DNA of 36,099 nt from a virus (taxonomy: Duplodnaviria > Caudoviricetes). The position numbers and the translations under genes are program-made. The DNA lies in the IMG/VR virus record IMGVR_UViG_3300038313_000049, positions 1 to 36,099 of that record. One strand, 5' to 3'. How positions within the stretch are numbered: position 1 is the first letter of the stretch; each line of letters opens with the position of its first letter. Positions 17,396 through 26,261 of the stretch are shown piece after piece. The notes beneath the pieces were generated by a model. That model saw only the letters and a program-made list of their open reading frames with translations. It made no database searches and was not told the DNA's origin.

Positions 17396-17487
17396 CCGAA
17401 TCTTCTCCCAACAATTCAGCTTTCCTTTGATTATAAACCATATTCTTCCAATATTCCACATAATGTAGAATGTATACAAAGAACATT

Positions 17488-17525
17488 AAAAAGCACCCGG
17501 CAGCGCGTAATGTCTGCCAGACGCT
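17488..17525 (-). terminator. Intrinsic terminator ending the structured RNA region
   Basis: AGCGTCTGGCAG / CTGCCGGGTGCT 12-bp stem (GU pairs work only on the minus strand) followed by TTTT. Confidence 0.7.
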
Positions 17526-17559
17526 AAAAATGGGGAGGTACCTCCGCATAAGCGGAGAG

Positions 17560-17643
17560 TCAGGAAAATAGGAATCGAACCTATTGCCTCGGAGTCATGT
17601 TATCGGTACCTTCTCCGTGCTACTACCAATGAGCTATTTCCTG
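17560..17643 (-). tRNA. tRNA-like element with an 18-nt anticodon loop (no assignable anticodon, no encoded CCA)
   Basis: CAGGAAA TA GCTCATTGGTAGTAGC A CGGAG [AAGGTACCGATAACATGA] CTCCG AGGCA ATAGG TTCGATT CCTAT TTTCCTG A: perfect acceptor, anticodon and T stems. Confidence 0.75.
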
Positions 17644-17838
17644 ATATATCTTCCCGGCCGTCTCAGAACCGGGAAGATGTTTATTCTTAACCGCCACTGT
17701 CAGAGTTCTTACTTGGCCCCACCAACCCTAACAAAGGAGCAGACAACTATCAGGATCTGACACCTGACAGTCGTAAAAAATCTTTAGGAGAATATGTCAA
17801 AATGGGGTTGTTGGATTTTATAATTTTTCCACAATATC

Positions 17839-17873
17839 ATCTTACCACATCAAAGACGAACAAAACGAACAAA
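17839..17873 (-). promoter_or_regulatory. Putative activator-dependent late promoter
   Basis: Tandem 9-bp direct repeat TTTGTTCGT x2 (17873-17856) right after the activator stop codon, then extended -10 TGgTAAGAT with no -35 consensus. Confidence 0.6.
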
Positions 17874-17875
17874 CA

Positions 17876-18322
17876 TTATTTTTCTGTCAAAAATCGTTCT
17901 ACTGCCATCCGGCATCCATCTGCTGTGTGGCACCCACCCATTCGGTATGCCACTTTTGTCCAACTGCATCCGTCAATAAACCGGTACCGAATAATCTTGC
18001 GGATCCGACTGTCCGGGATCTCCTGGATCCATAACTCCACCTCAGAAAGCAACTCCAACATCTTTTGGTCCGCAAGTTCGAGCTGCATCTTGTAAGTGCG
18101 AAGCTTTGCCCGCTTGCTGATATAGTCCGGATACGGAAACCCCTGAATCTTTTTTGTCCCCAATGGCTTTTTACCTTTTCTCCCGCAGGTGACGGAATCC
18201 GCCACCATATACCCCTCAGTCTCCATGTTTCTGATCTGATCTGATACTGACTGGATCCGCCGAAGCAGATCCCGCTCCTCGGTCTGTAAGTCTACATACT
18301 GCTCTAGGATATGCTTCTCCAT
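17876..18322 (-). CDS. RinA/ArpU-type late transcriptional activator
   Basis: C-terminal sigma-region-4-like HTH IRKIIRYRFIDGCSWTKVAYRMG; last gene before the packaging module. Confidence 0.75.
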   Translation of the reverse strand: MEKHILEQYVDLQTEERDLLRRIQSVSDQIRNMETEGYMVADSVTCGRKGKKPLGTKKIQGFPYPDYISKRAKLRTYKMQLELADQKMLELLSEVELWIQEIPDSRIRKIIRYRFIDGCSWTKVAYRMGGCHTADGCRMAVERFLTEK

Positions 18323-18325
18323 CTA

Positions 18326-18502
18326 CTATCTCCTCCACTCCTTACCGGTCTTTTTATCCCTTAGTCCTACGATCTCAAATCCCTGTAAACCAGCCACCGC
18401 CTGTAACGCTCTATATACGTCCTTGATGCGTCTTGGCATCTTCGTGGCATTATGTATGGCTCGGTCTGCTGTTGGGTCGTGATAGCCCTCTGCGTTGCTC
18501 AT
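18326..18502 (-). CDS. Conserved small phage protein (58 aa)
   Basis: NAEGYHDPTADRAI...LRDKKTGKEWR; ATG 18502 coupled (ATGA) to the upstream gene; AGGAGG RBS. Confidence 0.7.
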   Translation of the reverse strand: MSNAEGYHDPTADRAIHNATKMPRRIKDVYRALQAVAGLQGFEIVGLRDKKTGKEWRR

Positions 18503-18855
18503 AAGCTGTCCTCCTTGTACGCCTCCGGCAGTGGCATCCATGCAGACACGTTGTAAAATACACCGTCCCGACACCATTCGCCGTCTCCCATATACTGTAA
18601 TGTGGTAGACTCCAATGCTCCGGCAATCGTTACGATATATTCCGGCATGTCATCTAAGTCTGTCAATCCCTCTGGGGGTTCTTCCGGTAACTGTTTAGAT
18701 ACCGGTATCCAGCCTGTAATTTTCCCATATCCTAACTGCCAGCATCTTAAACCAAAATCCCAGGCTTCTTGTTCTGACATGTTTGTTTTTTCAAGACACT
18801 CATCTTTTATTTTGCTTATGTAATCTGATTGTTCCTTTGGCATTACATCTCCCAT
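18499..18855 (-). CDS. DUF551-like protein
   Basis: WIPVSKQLPE...VSAWMPLPEAY signature. Confidence 0.75.
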   Translation of the reverse strand: MGDVMPKEQSDYISKIKDECLEKTNMSEQEAWDFGLRCWQLGYGKITGWIPVSKQLPEEPPEGLTDLDDMPEYIVTIAGALESTTLQYMGDGEWCRDGVFYNVSAWMPLPEAYKEDSL

Positions 18856-18869
18856 AATTTATTTTCCTC

Positions 18870-19106
18870 CTACTTGATTCCACTTTTCCACACTTTGTCC
18901 ATGCAATCCGTGTGGAAAAATACCTCACTGCCTCGTTTTGTCTTAATGTACTCGATTCCTTCCGTGCTGACATCTGGATCCAGCTTCTCACCACATCCCT
19001 GACACACAACATCTCGGTAACCGCTTCCTTGATATTTCATAGCCTGCTTATCCCACTTTTTATTTACCGCTTTGATCCTCTTGCCTACATCTATCTTTTT
19101 ACCCAT
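18870..19106 (-). CDS. Small zinc-finger-like protein
   Basis: CQGC...HTDC; coupled to the helicase stop. Confidence 0.65.
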   Translation of the reverse strand: MGKKIDVGKRIKAVNKKWDKQAMKYQGSGYRDVVCQGCGEKLDPDVSTEGIEYIKTKRGSEVFFHTDCMDKVWKSGIK

Positions 19107-20500
19107 TATTTTTTCTCCTTCTTTTCCTGATCCTTGATGGCCTTGATCCGGGCTTTTAAGGATTGCATGACCCAGCCCTGCACATCATCTTTTCGTTGCA
19201 GAGCCTCCATGACATCCTCATCTCTGGTACCGGTACAGATCAGATGGTGAATGATTACTTTTTCTTTCTGCCCCTGCCGGTGCAGTCGCTTGTTGGCCTG
19301 TGTGTACAACTCATAGTTCCATGTAAGACCAAACCAAATCACATGGTTTCCACCTTGCTGCAGATTCAGCCCATAAGCACTGCTGGCCGGGTGCGTAAGC
19401 AGAATATCAATCTTGTGGTCGTTCCAGTCGTCCTCATCCTGTGTCGTCTTAAGCTGTCTAATTCTTAATTTTGATTTCTCCAAGGCTTTCAGAATCCGGA
19501 TCTTATCATGTTGATAGTTGTAAAATACTAGTGCCGGTTTCCCCTGAAGGCTCTCGATCAGTTCCATAAAAGCCTCGATCTTACAGTTGTGGACCTCGTG
19601 AACATTGTGATCCTCGTCATACACTGCCCCATTGGCCAGCTGCAGAAGCTTATTGCTTAATGCGGCAGCACTTGTGACACTGATGTCTTCTTCATCTGGT
19701 AACTCTAGGACCATTTGTCTTTCAAGTTCCTGGTAAGCCTTTTCCGCTTTCGAATCCAGAACGACCGGTATTTCATGATCCACGACATCCGGAAGCTGCA
19801 GATAGTCACTTGCCTTCATGCTGATGCAGATATCCGAAATCTTATCCAGGATACTTTCCTCGGATCCCGGTTTTGCCTTGTAGTTGTAGACCACATTGTT
19901 TCCCCGGTCTCCCGGATCAAAGTACCTGTCCCGGAATCCAGTATATCTCTTTCCCAGACGTTCGCCGCCGTCAAGCAGGAAGACCTGTGCCCATAAATCA
20001 TCCAGTCCGTTCGGAGAAGGCGTTCCGGTAAGCTCCACCATGCGATCGATGTGACCTCCTATGCTTGCCAGGGCTTTAAAGCGCTTTGCCTTGTGGCTCT
20101 TGAAGCTGCTGGACTCATCGACCACAACCATGTCAAACGGCCAACTGTTCCGGTAGTAGTCCACCAGCCATACCACGTTTTCCCGGTTGATGATATAGAT
20201 GTCTGCCGGTGTATTTAATGCCCGGATTCGTTTCGCCTGGCTTCCCAGTACTGGGGACACCCGAAGCATTTTAGTATGATCCCATTTATCTTTTTCTTTT
20301 GTCCAGGTACCCTCCGCTACTTTCTTCGGGGCTATGACAAGAACTTTACGGACTTGAAACCGGTTGTACTTTAATTCTTTGACTGCTGTCAGGGTGACTG
20401 CTGTTTTACCCAAACCCATATCAAGAAAAAGCCCCAGTTTCTTGACTTCGATGATCTTCTCAATGCAGTGTGCTTGATAGTCATGCGGTTTGAATATCAT
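19106..20500 (-). CDS. SNF2-family helicase
   Basis: DMGLGKT, DESS, LTGTP, GLNLQ and QANKRLHRQGQ motifs. Confidence 0.92.
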   Translation of the reverse strand: MIFKPHDYQAHCIEKIIEVKKLGLFLDMGLGKTAVTLTAVKELKYNRFQVRKVLVIAPKKVAEGTWTKEKDKWDHTKMLRVSPVLGSQAKRIRALNTPADIYIINRENVVWLVDYYRNSWPFDMVVVDESSSFKSHKAKRFKALASIGGHIDRMVELTGTPSPNGLDDLWAQVFLLDGGERLGKRYTGFRDRYFDPGDRGNNVVYNYKAKPGSEESILDKISDICISMKASDYLQLPDVVDHEIPVVLDSKAEKAYQELERQMVLELPDEEDISVTSAAALSNKLLQLANGAVYDEDHNVHEVHNCKIEAFMELIESLQGKPALVFYNYQHDKIRILKALEKSKLRIRQLKTTQDEDDWNDHKIDILLTHPASSAYGLNLQQGGNHVIWFGLTWNYELYTQANKRLHRQGQKEKVIIHHLICTGTRDEDVMEALQRKDDVQGWVMQSLKARIKAIKDQEKKEKK

Positions 20501-20532
20501 AGGGCATCACCTCCTCAAATCCTGTTTTTATT

Positions 20533-20850
20533 TTATAAATCATATTTGCAGTCCAGTGCCTTGCTGATCTTCTCATACCCGTAGTCCTGGAAGAACTGAC
20601 TGACGCCATCCATGCCATAGACCACTTCCACTTTCTGCCCAAGATCAAGTAGTTTTTTGCACTGTACCTTTTGCAGTGCGCTTAATCTCCCCGCGCCCGT
20701 TTTCAGTTCTACAAACACTGGCGCCCTGTTCGGAAAAACTACAATTCGGTCGGGCACACCGTCATTCCCAGGGCTGACGAATTTGTATGCCTTGCCTCCC
20801 AATTTTTTTACTTCGTTCACCAATATTTTCTCAATCTCTTTTTCAAGCAT
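20533..20850 (-). CDS. VRR-NUC nuclease
   Basis: KFVSPGNDGVPDRI...FVELK...LSALQ. Confidence 0.9.
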   Translation of the reverse strand: MLEKEIEKILVNEVKKLGGKAYKFVSPGNDGVPDRIVVFPNRAPVFVELKTGAGRLSALQKVQCKKLLDLGQKVEVVYGMDGVSQFFQDYGYEKISKALDCKYDL

Positions 20851-20879
20851 TTGTCCTAAATCTCCTTTCTGGAGTTATC

Positions 20880-21145
20880 ACTGTCAATGGCAACATTGGC
20901 CCCCTATATATACTCTAAATAGGCGCGCTAGGCATTATTAGGTAATATGCGTATATACCTAATTTACCTATTTATATATTACTTATAGATATCTTGTTGA
21001 CATTGTTGACGATAGTTAATTTTGTCAATGTTTATGCGGTTTTTGGCGTACTCAAAGTATGTCAACATTTCATTTTTTCTTGTTACCCTTGTTGACACCC
21101 TCCGTCAACATTCTTTTTTTCGCCTTTTTTATAATGTTGACGCCC
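20880..21145. repeat. Putative replication origin: AT-rich gap with TGTTGAC / GTCAACA repeats
   Basis: TGTTGAC at 20995, 21004, 21090 and 21135; GTCAACA at 21061 and 21104; further degenerate copies; directly downstream of the primase-helicase. Confidence 0.65.
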
Positions 21146-21167
21146 TTTCAACCCGATCATTTTTGCT

Positions 21168-23582
21168 TTAGAATCGTGGCCTTTCAAATCCTCTTTGCCT
21201 TCCGTAGGGGCCATACCTGCGCATTGATTTATTGCGTTCCCAGCCTTTTATTGTCATCAGAGAATTGTTGATCTCCACAGAATCCATCCGCTTCATGTAC
21301 CTCGGGTCCCCGTTCAAACACTCGGCCCATATTTCCACAGCGCAGACTTTATCACGTTTCGTCATGGCTGTATTGTCCGGCACTCTCATGTTTCCTGCCC
21401 AGTACTGCCGCCGGCTCTGAATGTTGTAGGAATCCCAGTCTGTTGGTATCTCCTTTTCGAGGAAGTCCCGGATCATGCCCTCCTTCCCGGATGTCTCTCT
21501 GTGGTCTTCTTGCATTTCTTCGGCTATCTTTTCAATTTCTCGAGGCAGAAACAGGGGCTCTCCCAACATCCAGTAGACATATACCTCTGCCCAGATTTGA
21601 TCTACCTCTTCAGGCAGGTCATTCCATATAGATTTCTTTGGTTCATAAAGTCCCACATCAACCGGCCAGAACCTACGGTTACCGGTTGCGTCCTTCAGGA
21701 ATTCACTGTCATTTGATGTTCCGAAGAAAACACACCGTCTCGGATATTTTTCCGTCCGCCTGCCGTATGCTGCCCGGTAGATGTCGTGGCACTTGGAAAG
21801 AAATTGCTTGATAATCTGTGTCTCCTGCTTAGAGAAGGCACTTAATTCTCCAATCTCATTGATCCAGGTACCCTGTATTAACTCCGCGGACTCCTTACCT
21901 TCGAACGTTGTGAGCGAATCAGAAAACCAGTCCTTCCCCAGCATAGACAGGAAAGTACTCTTTCCGATCCCCTGCGGTCCGGTAAAGATTGGCATGTAAT
22001 CATACTTCACGGCGCCCTTGATGGCTCTGGCTACCGCCGCACAAAGAGACTTTCTCATGACCGCGTGTGTGTATTCATTATCTTCTGCCCCCAGGTAATC
22101 CGGCAGCAGAGTGTCCACGCGTTTCTTTCCGTCCCATTTCAAGCTCTGTAGATACCCTTTTACGTCGTTGATCTTGTTCTCCGCACTCACAATAATAAGT
22201 GCGTTGTCGACCTTCTCCCGGCCGGTGATTCCGTAATAAGTTTCCAGATACCGGTATAGTCCGGCGTCATCTGCGTCCGTCCACCTCCGTTTCTCTTTCG
22301 ACGGGTTCCAGGGCGTAGATCCTAAAACCATCCCACAGCTCGCGAACTCATCTGTCGCAATCTTTCCCTTAATAAGCGGATCATTCTCCAGGACGAGAAC
22401 CGCATTATTAATCGTCTTCTCATACTTCCCGTTCCCGTCCTTTGAGAGCCTCTGCAGCCAGCTGAGATCAATCGTGTCCTCATCTCCGCCCGCCTCGTCC
22501 AGCGGTGTCTGAAAGGCCTTCTGCGCCTCTTCAAACTTCTCTTTCGACATTAGTGCGGAGACCTCAGGATCCTCCCCTGCCAGCTTGCCCATGGCCATAA
22601 AAGAAGGGAGCTTGTTGACCGGAGTGCCTTCTTTAGCCTCATCATCCCTATCGCCATACATGTGCAGCCTAACAAGGTCAAACGCATTGACCAGCAGTCC
22701 GGAGCAGGGGTCTGTAGCGTGGTGGGAATATAAGAACAAGTCTCCGTCGTACACAATTGCACCGCCGACTGTGGACCCGCCCGTATAGGTGTATCGCCCG
22801 GGCATTGCAGTCTCTTCATACATTCCATTTAGAAACTTCTCCATGGCCTGTGTGATGGTGTACGTACGGCAAAATGCTCCGATGAGTCCGCGCTTGGTTG
22901 TTGGGTCCTCCTGCTTGGCCAGTCTTCGCCTCTCAAGTGCCTCTGCACCCGGGACTTGAGGCCATTGTGTAACATCCTGCCAGTCCCCGTACATTTTAAG
23001 GATGCCGTCCAGATTGGCGAACTCATGGTCATAGGTCTCAAACACATATTGACTGTCTGAGCAGCAACTCGGCCAGTACATCAACCGGGATGCCTCGAAC
23101 GTCGTTGGATCGCAGAACTGTATGCCAATCATGGCCGCGATCTTACGTGCTGCGGCCTCATACTCATCGGCCGTGGCCGTGCGATCCAGCGGAACAATTA
23201 CTCGTAGCCTGGGCGCATATTCTGAATGCTTTCTTGTGCTGTAAACAACAGAGGCACACCCAAGACCCGAAACACGCCTCAGGACGTCTTTTGTACCGCT
23301 TGTGGGTATTTGGTCGAGGTCCAGTGTTATGAGGTCTCTGCCCTCCACTCCGGAGGCCTTGCGGCGATCTCCAGAGAAGGTACCACCGACAAACCCGCCG
23401 ACATCTTTCAACTCATCCTGCTTCGACTTCGGATATTTCATGTATTCCTCTAAGGTCTCTGTGCTTCTTATGGGAGTTTTTAGCCTTTCCACAAACTCAC
23501 TCCAGCCAATATTGCTTTTTGGCCACTGCATGGCTTTTCTGCTTCCGGCTGTGCTGATCTGCAGCATTCTGTTATTCTGCAT
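21168..23582 (-). CDS. Primase-helicase (VapE / virulence-associated E family)
   Basis: N-terminal primase-like LDLD...STRKH...PRLRVIVPL; Walker A GPQGIGKST; INEIGE; FFGTSN; TGNRRFWPV. Confidence 0.9.
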   Translation of the reverse strand: MQNNRMLQISTAGSRKAMQWPKSNIGWSEFVERLKTPIRSTETLEEYMKYPKSKQDELKDVGGFVGGTFSGDRRKASGVEGRDLITLDLDQIPTSGTKDVLRRVSGLGCASVVYSTRKHSEYAPRLRVIVPLDRTATADEYEAAARKIAAMIGIQFCDPTTFEASRLMYWPSCCSDSQYVFETYDHEFANLDGILKMYGDWQDVTQWPQVPGAEALERRRLAKQEDPTTKRGLIGAFCRTYTITQAMEKFLNGMYEETAMPGRYTYTGGSTVGGAIVYDGDLFLYSHHATDPCSGLLVNAFDLVRLHMYGDRDDEAKEGTPVNKLPSFMAMGKLAGEDPEVSALMSKEKFEEAQKAFQTPLDEAGGDEDTIDLSWLQRLSKDGNGKYEKTINNAVLVLENDPLIKGKIATDEFASCGMVLGSTPWNPSKEKRRWTDADDAGLYRYLETYYGITGREKVDNALIIVSAENKINDVKGYLQSLKWDGKKRVDTLLPDYLGAEDNEYTHAVMRKSLCAAVARAIKGAVKYDYMPIFTGPQGIGKSTFLSMLGKDWFSDSLTTFEGKESAELIQGTWINEIGELSAFSKQETQIIKQFLSKCHDIYRAAYGRRTEKYPRRCVFFGTSNDSEFLKDATGNRRFWPVDVGLYEPKKSIWNDLPEEVDQIWAEVYVYWMLGEPLFLPREIEKIAEEMQEDHRETSGKEGMIRDFLEKEIPTDWDSYNIQSRRQYWAGNMRVPDNTAMTKRDKVCAVEIWAECLNGDPRYMKRMDSVEINNSLMTIKGWERNKSMRRYGPYGRQRGFERPRF

Positions 23583-23600
23583 TCTTGCTCTTCTCCCTTC

Positions 23601-25586
23601 CTAGTCTTTCATATAATAATTATTTTCAAAGCCCGCGCCTTTCAGGATCAACCCCGGCGCCCAGGGTATGGGCTCGGCCATCAGTTCACAGAGATCGTCG
23701 ACTGTCACGTCCATCGGTGCATCCACGATCACCTCGTCATGTACATGGAATACTGTCTGCCAGCCTTTTCCTTGTATTCGCTTAATTGTCACAGCCAGGC
23801 AGTCCCTTGCGATGGCCTGCACAATATTCTCTGTCATTTTTCCGCCATAGGTGGATGTTACTTCCCACTTTCTTGTCTGCTGTCCGACACTGTAATAATG
23901 GATAGCCATTTTTCCGAACCGGTTCTCCTGAAGAAAGGGCTTCGGGTAAAACAGTTTCCTGCCGCTCGGCAACTGAACTGTTAGGAAGTTCTGCCCATAG
24001 ATCATGTCACCCTCCAATCTGAAGATCAGGTTTTTCATGGTCTGCGGCTGTGCCGCGGTCATCGTCTTAAGGGCCGCATTCTCAACTGCATACCAAAGGT
24101 CCTTGATATGTGGATTGGACTGTCTCCACCTAGTCACAATGTCCGGCAATTCATCTTCTGTAAGACCCATGTTAAGGGCGCCCATTGCGATCAATGCCGA
24201 CGCCCCGCCCTGGTAACCAAGGGCAAGGGTTGCGACTTTGCCTTTCTGGCGCAGTGCATATTCCGGATTGCCCTTTTTAATCTTCTCGATTGGCACATGG
24301 AACATCTGTGATGCCGTAGCCTCATAGATCCTGCCATGTGTGGCGAATACCTCGTTGACCCATTGTTCTCCGGCCAGCCACGCAATCACACGAGCCTCGA
24401 TCGCGCTGTAATCAGCGACCACGAACTTGTTCCCCTCGGAGGGGATGAAAGCTGTCCGGATCAGCTGGGAGAGTGTGTCAGGTACGTTTCCGTAGATCAT
24501 TTTCACGCCGTCATAATTCTTTTCTTTTACGAGTTTCCGCGCCTGATCCAATGTACTTAAGTAGTTTCTCGGAAGGTTCTGCAACTGTACCAGTCTTCCG
24601 GCCCATCTGCCGGTACGATTGGCACCATAGAACTGTGTCAGTCCTCGTACACGGTCGCCCTCGCCCTTTGCCGTCTGCATGGTTACATACTTCTTAATAG
24701 ATGTCTTCCCGAGCCTCTGCCGGATCTCAAGCATCCGTCCTGCTTCCTTCGGAAGGTCCTCTTTCTCCAGTAAGTCCGTCACTGTTGCCTTCGTCAGGTT
24801 CGGTACATCCTCTCCGATCTTGTCGGACAGCCATTCTTTCAGCTGTGTCGGGCTGTTTGGATTATCAAGACCTGTTATTTCAATTGCCTCATCCGTCAGT
24901 TTTTGCGTGCTGATTTCATCAATGTAGAGTGCCCCGTCAATCAGCTCGGTGTCCACACGGACCCCAAAAGCATTCATGAGTATATCAATCTGCCATAGCC
25001 TTTCTTCTTCTTCCGGAACCGGAAAATAGTTGAGCCTTTTTAAGATCTCATGTTCTGTCACAACATCCTGTTTGTTGTATTCCTTAAACAGTTCCCACTT
25101 CTCCGGATCATGCTCCGGAAGATTCCAGGTCCTGCCTCCATTGCGTTTTGTGGGCTTGCAGGGAACACAGAAATACCGGATCAGGGCCTTGCCCGTTGAC
25201 AGCTTTTGCTTGTCCTGCGGCAGGCCTATTGCCTTACCTGTGGCATCCAGTCCTGCTGCATATCCGCAGTACAGGGAGTGGAACATGGTACATCTCCACT
25301 GTGGCAGCCTGGTTGTGTAACCCGCCCGATTAAGGCAGTACCATTCGAACGCTGCATTGTAAGCATGTTTAATCACATTCGGGTTCTCCAGCATATTTAC
25401 AATCTTTTCCGGTATTTCTTCCCCTTTTGCAAGATCTACGACCTCAACCGGCAGATTATCCAGCTGATAGCCAAACAGGAGAATCTCAAAGTCAGGGGAC
25501 TGTGCGTACCGATAGGATCCGGCTTTCCCGATGTCTACACTGCTTTTTGTTTCTATGTCTATGGATAAATGATGTTTACTGCTCAT
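23601..25586 (-). CDS. DNA polymerase family A with 3'-5' exonuclease
   Basis: Exo DIET and HAYNAAFE; motif A ADYSAIEAR; motif B RQKGKVATLALGY; motif C HVHDEV. Confidence 0.92.
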   Translation of the reverse strand: MSSKHHLSIDIETKSSVDIGKAGSYRYAQSPDFEILLFGYQLDNLPVEVVDLAKGEEIPEKIVNMLENPNVIKHAYNAAFEWYCLNRAGYTTRLPQWRCTMFHSLYCGYAAGLDATGKAIGLPQDKQKLSTGKALIRYFCVPCKPTKRNGGRTWNLPEHDPEKWELFKEYNKQDVVTEHEILKRLNYFPVPEEEERLWQIDILMNAFGVRVDTELIDGALYIDEISTQKLTDEAIEITGLDNPNSPTQLKEWLSDKIGEDVPNLTKATVTDLLEKEDLPKEAGRMLEIRQRLGKTSIKKYVTMQTAKGEGDRVRGLTQFYGANRTGRWAGRLVQLQNLPRNYLSTLDQARKLVKEKNYDGVKMIYGNVPDTLSQLIRTAFIPSEGNKFVVADYSAIEARVIAWLAGEQWVNEVFATHGRIYEATASQMFHVPIEKIKKGNPEYALRQKGKVATLALGYQGGASALIAMGALNMGLTEDELPDIVTRWRQSNPHIKDLWYAVENAALKTMTAAQPQTMKNLIFRLEGDMIYGQNFLTVQLPSGRKLFYPKPFLQENRFGKMAIHYYSVGQQTRKWEVTSTYGGKMTENIVQAIARDCLAVTIKRIQGKGWQTVFHVHDEVIVDAPMDVTVDDLCELMAEPIPWAPGLILKGAGFENNYYMKD

Positions 25587-25605
25587 TTTTATCTCCTAAT
25601 CATTT

Positions 25606-25628
25606 GAGGGGCTTTAAGCCCCTCTTTT
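25606..25628 (+). terminator. Hairpin with plus-strand T tail between ssb and pol
   Basis: GAGGGGC-TTTAA-GCCCCTC followed by TTTT. Confidence 0.5.
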
Positions 25629-25650
25629 GTACTGCATATTGCCCTGTTGC

Positions 25651-26259
25651 TTACATTGGCTGCCCAGTGATCGGATTGATACCGCCAGATGGCTGAGACT
25701 GCTGTGGAGCACTCTGCGGTGCACCGAATGCCTGCACCGCTGACATAGCACCTCCACCCAGGGATTCTCCGTCTGCCACCTTCTGCACCGGACCAAGTCC
25801 ACACCCGATGCCCTTTTTACCTCCGAAGGCATAGGGGAAGAAGTTGACATTAACTCTTGCGTACATCCCGCTGTACACTTCGGATTGGTTGATGATCGGG
25901 TTGCATCTTTCATCCACGATCTCTGGCGGATAATCCGCTTTAGCATTTGCGGTAAATACCCAGTGCCCTTTGCACTCAGGCCCAAAGGCCATGCCGTCGG
26001 AAGGCCTTACGCCGTCCCCGTCGTATATCGGAGTTGGTACAACTGGCGGGCACTGGCCATTCCATTTCTCTGTTGTGCCCCTCTGTTTTGCGGCTTCAAT
26101 GGCATCATCGATGCGCTGTTTCGTTGCTGTGTCCGTCTTTGGTACAAGGACTGTTACAGAGAATTTTTCTTCCTGCCCCGGCTGGTAAGCATAGGGTTTG
26201 AAAAGGTGTACATAGCTCACTCTCACTTTTCCTGTTGTTACATTAGTTTCGTTATTCAT
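25651..26259 (-). CDS. ssDNA-binding protein (DUF2815 / gp2.5-like)
   Basis: VRVSYVHLF, IYDGD, EVYSGMYAR, GIGCGLGPVQKVADGESLGG. Confidence 0.88.
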   Translation of the reverse strand: MNNETNVTTGKVRVSYVHLFKPYAYQPGQEEKFSVTVLVPKTDTATKQRIDDAIEAAKQRGTTEKWNGQCPPVVPTPIYDGDGVRPSDGMAFGPECKGHWVFTANAKADYPPEIVDERCNPIINQSEVYSGMYARVNVNFFPYAFGGKKGIGCGLGPVQKVADGESLGGGAMSAVQAFGAPQSAPQQSQPSGGINPITGQPM

Positions 26260-26261
26260 AA

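Noticed and set aside
25589-25985. Alternative-frame ORFs overlapping ssb
   Set aside because: No RBS or recognisable motifs; ssb explains the region.
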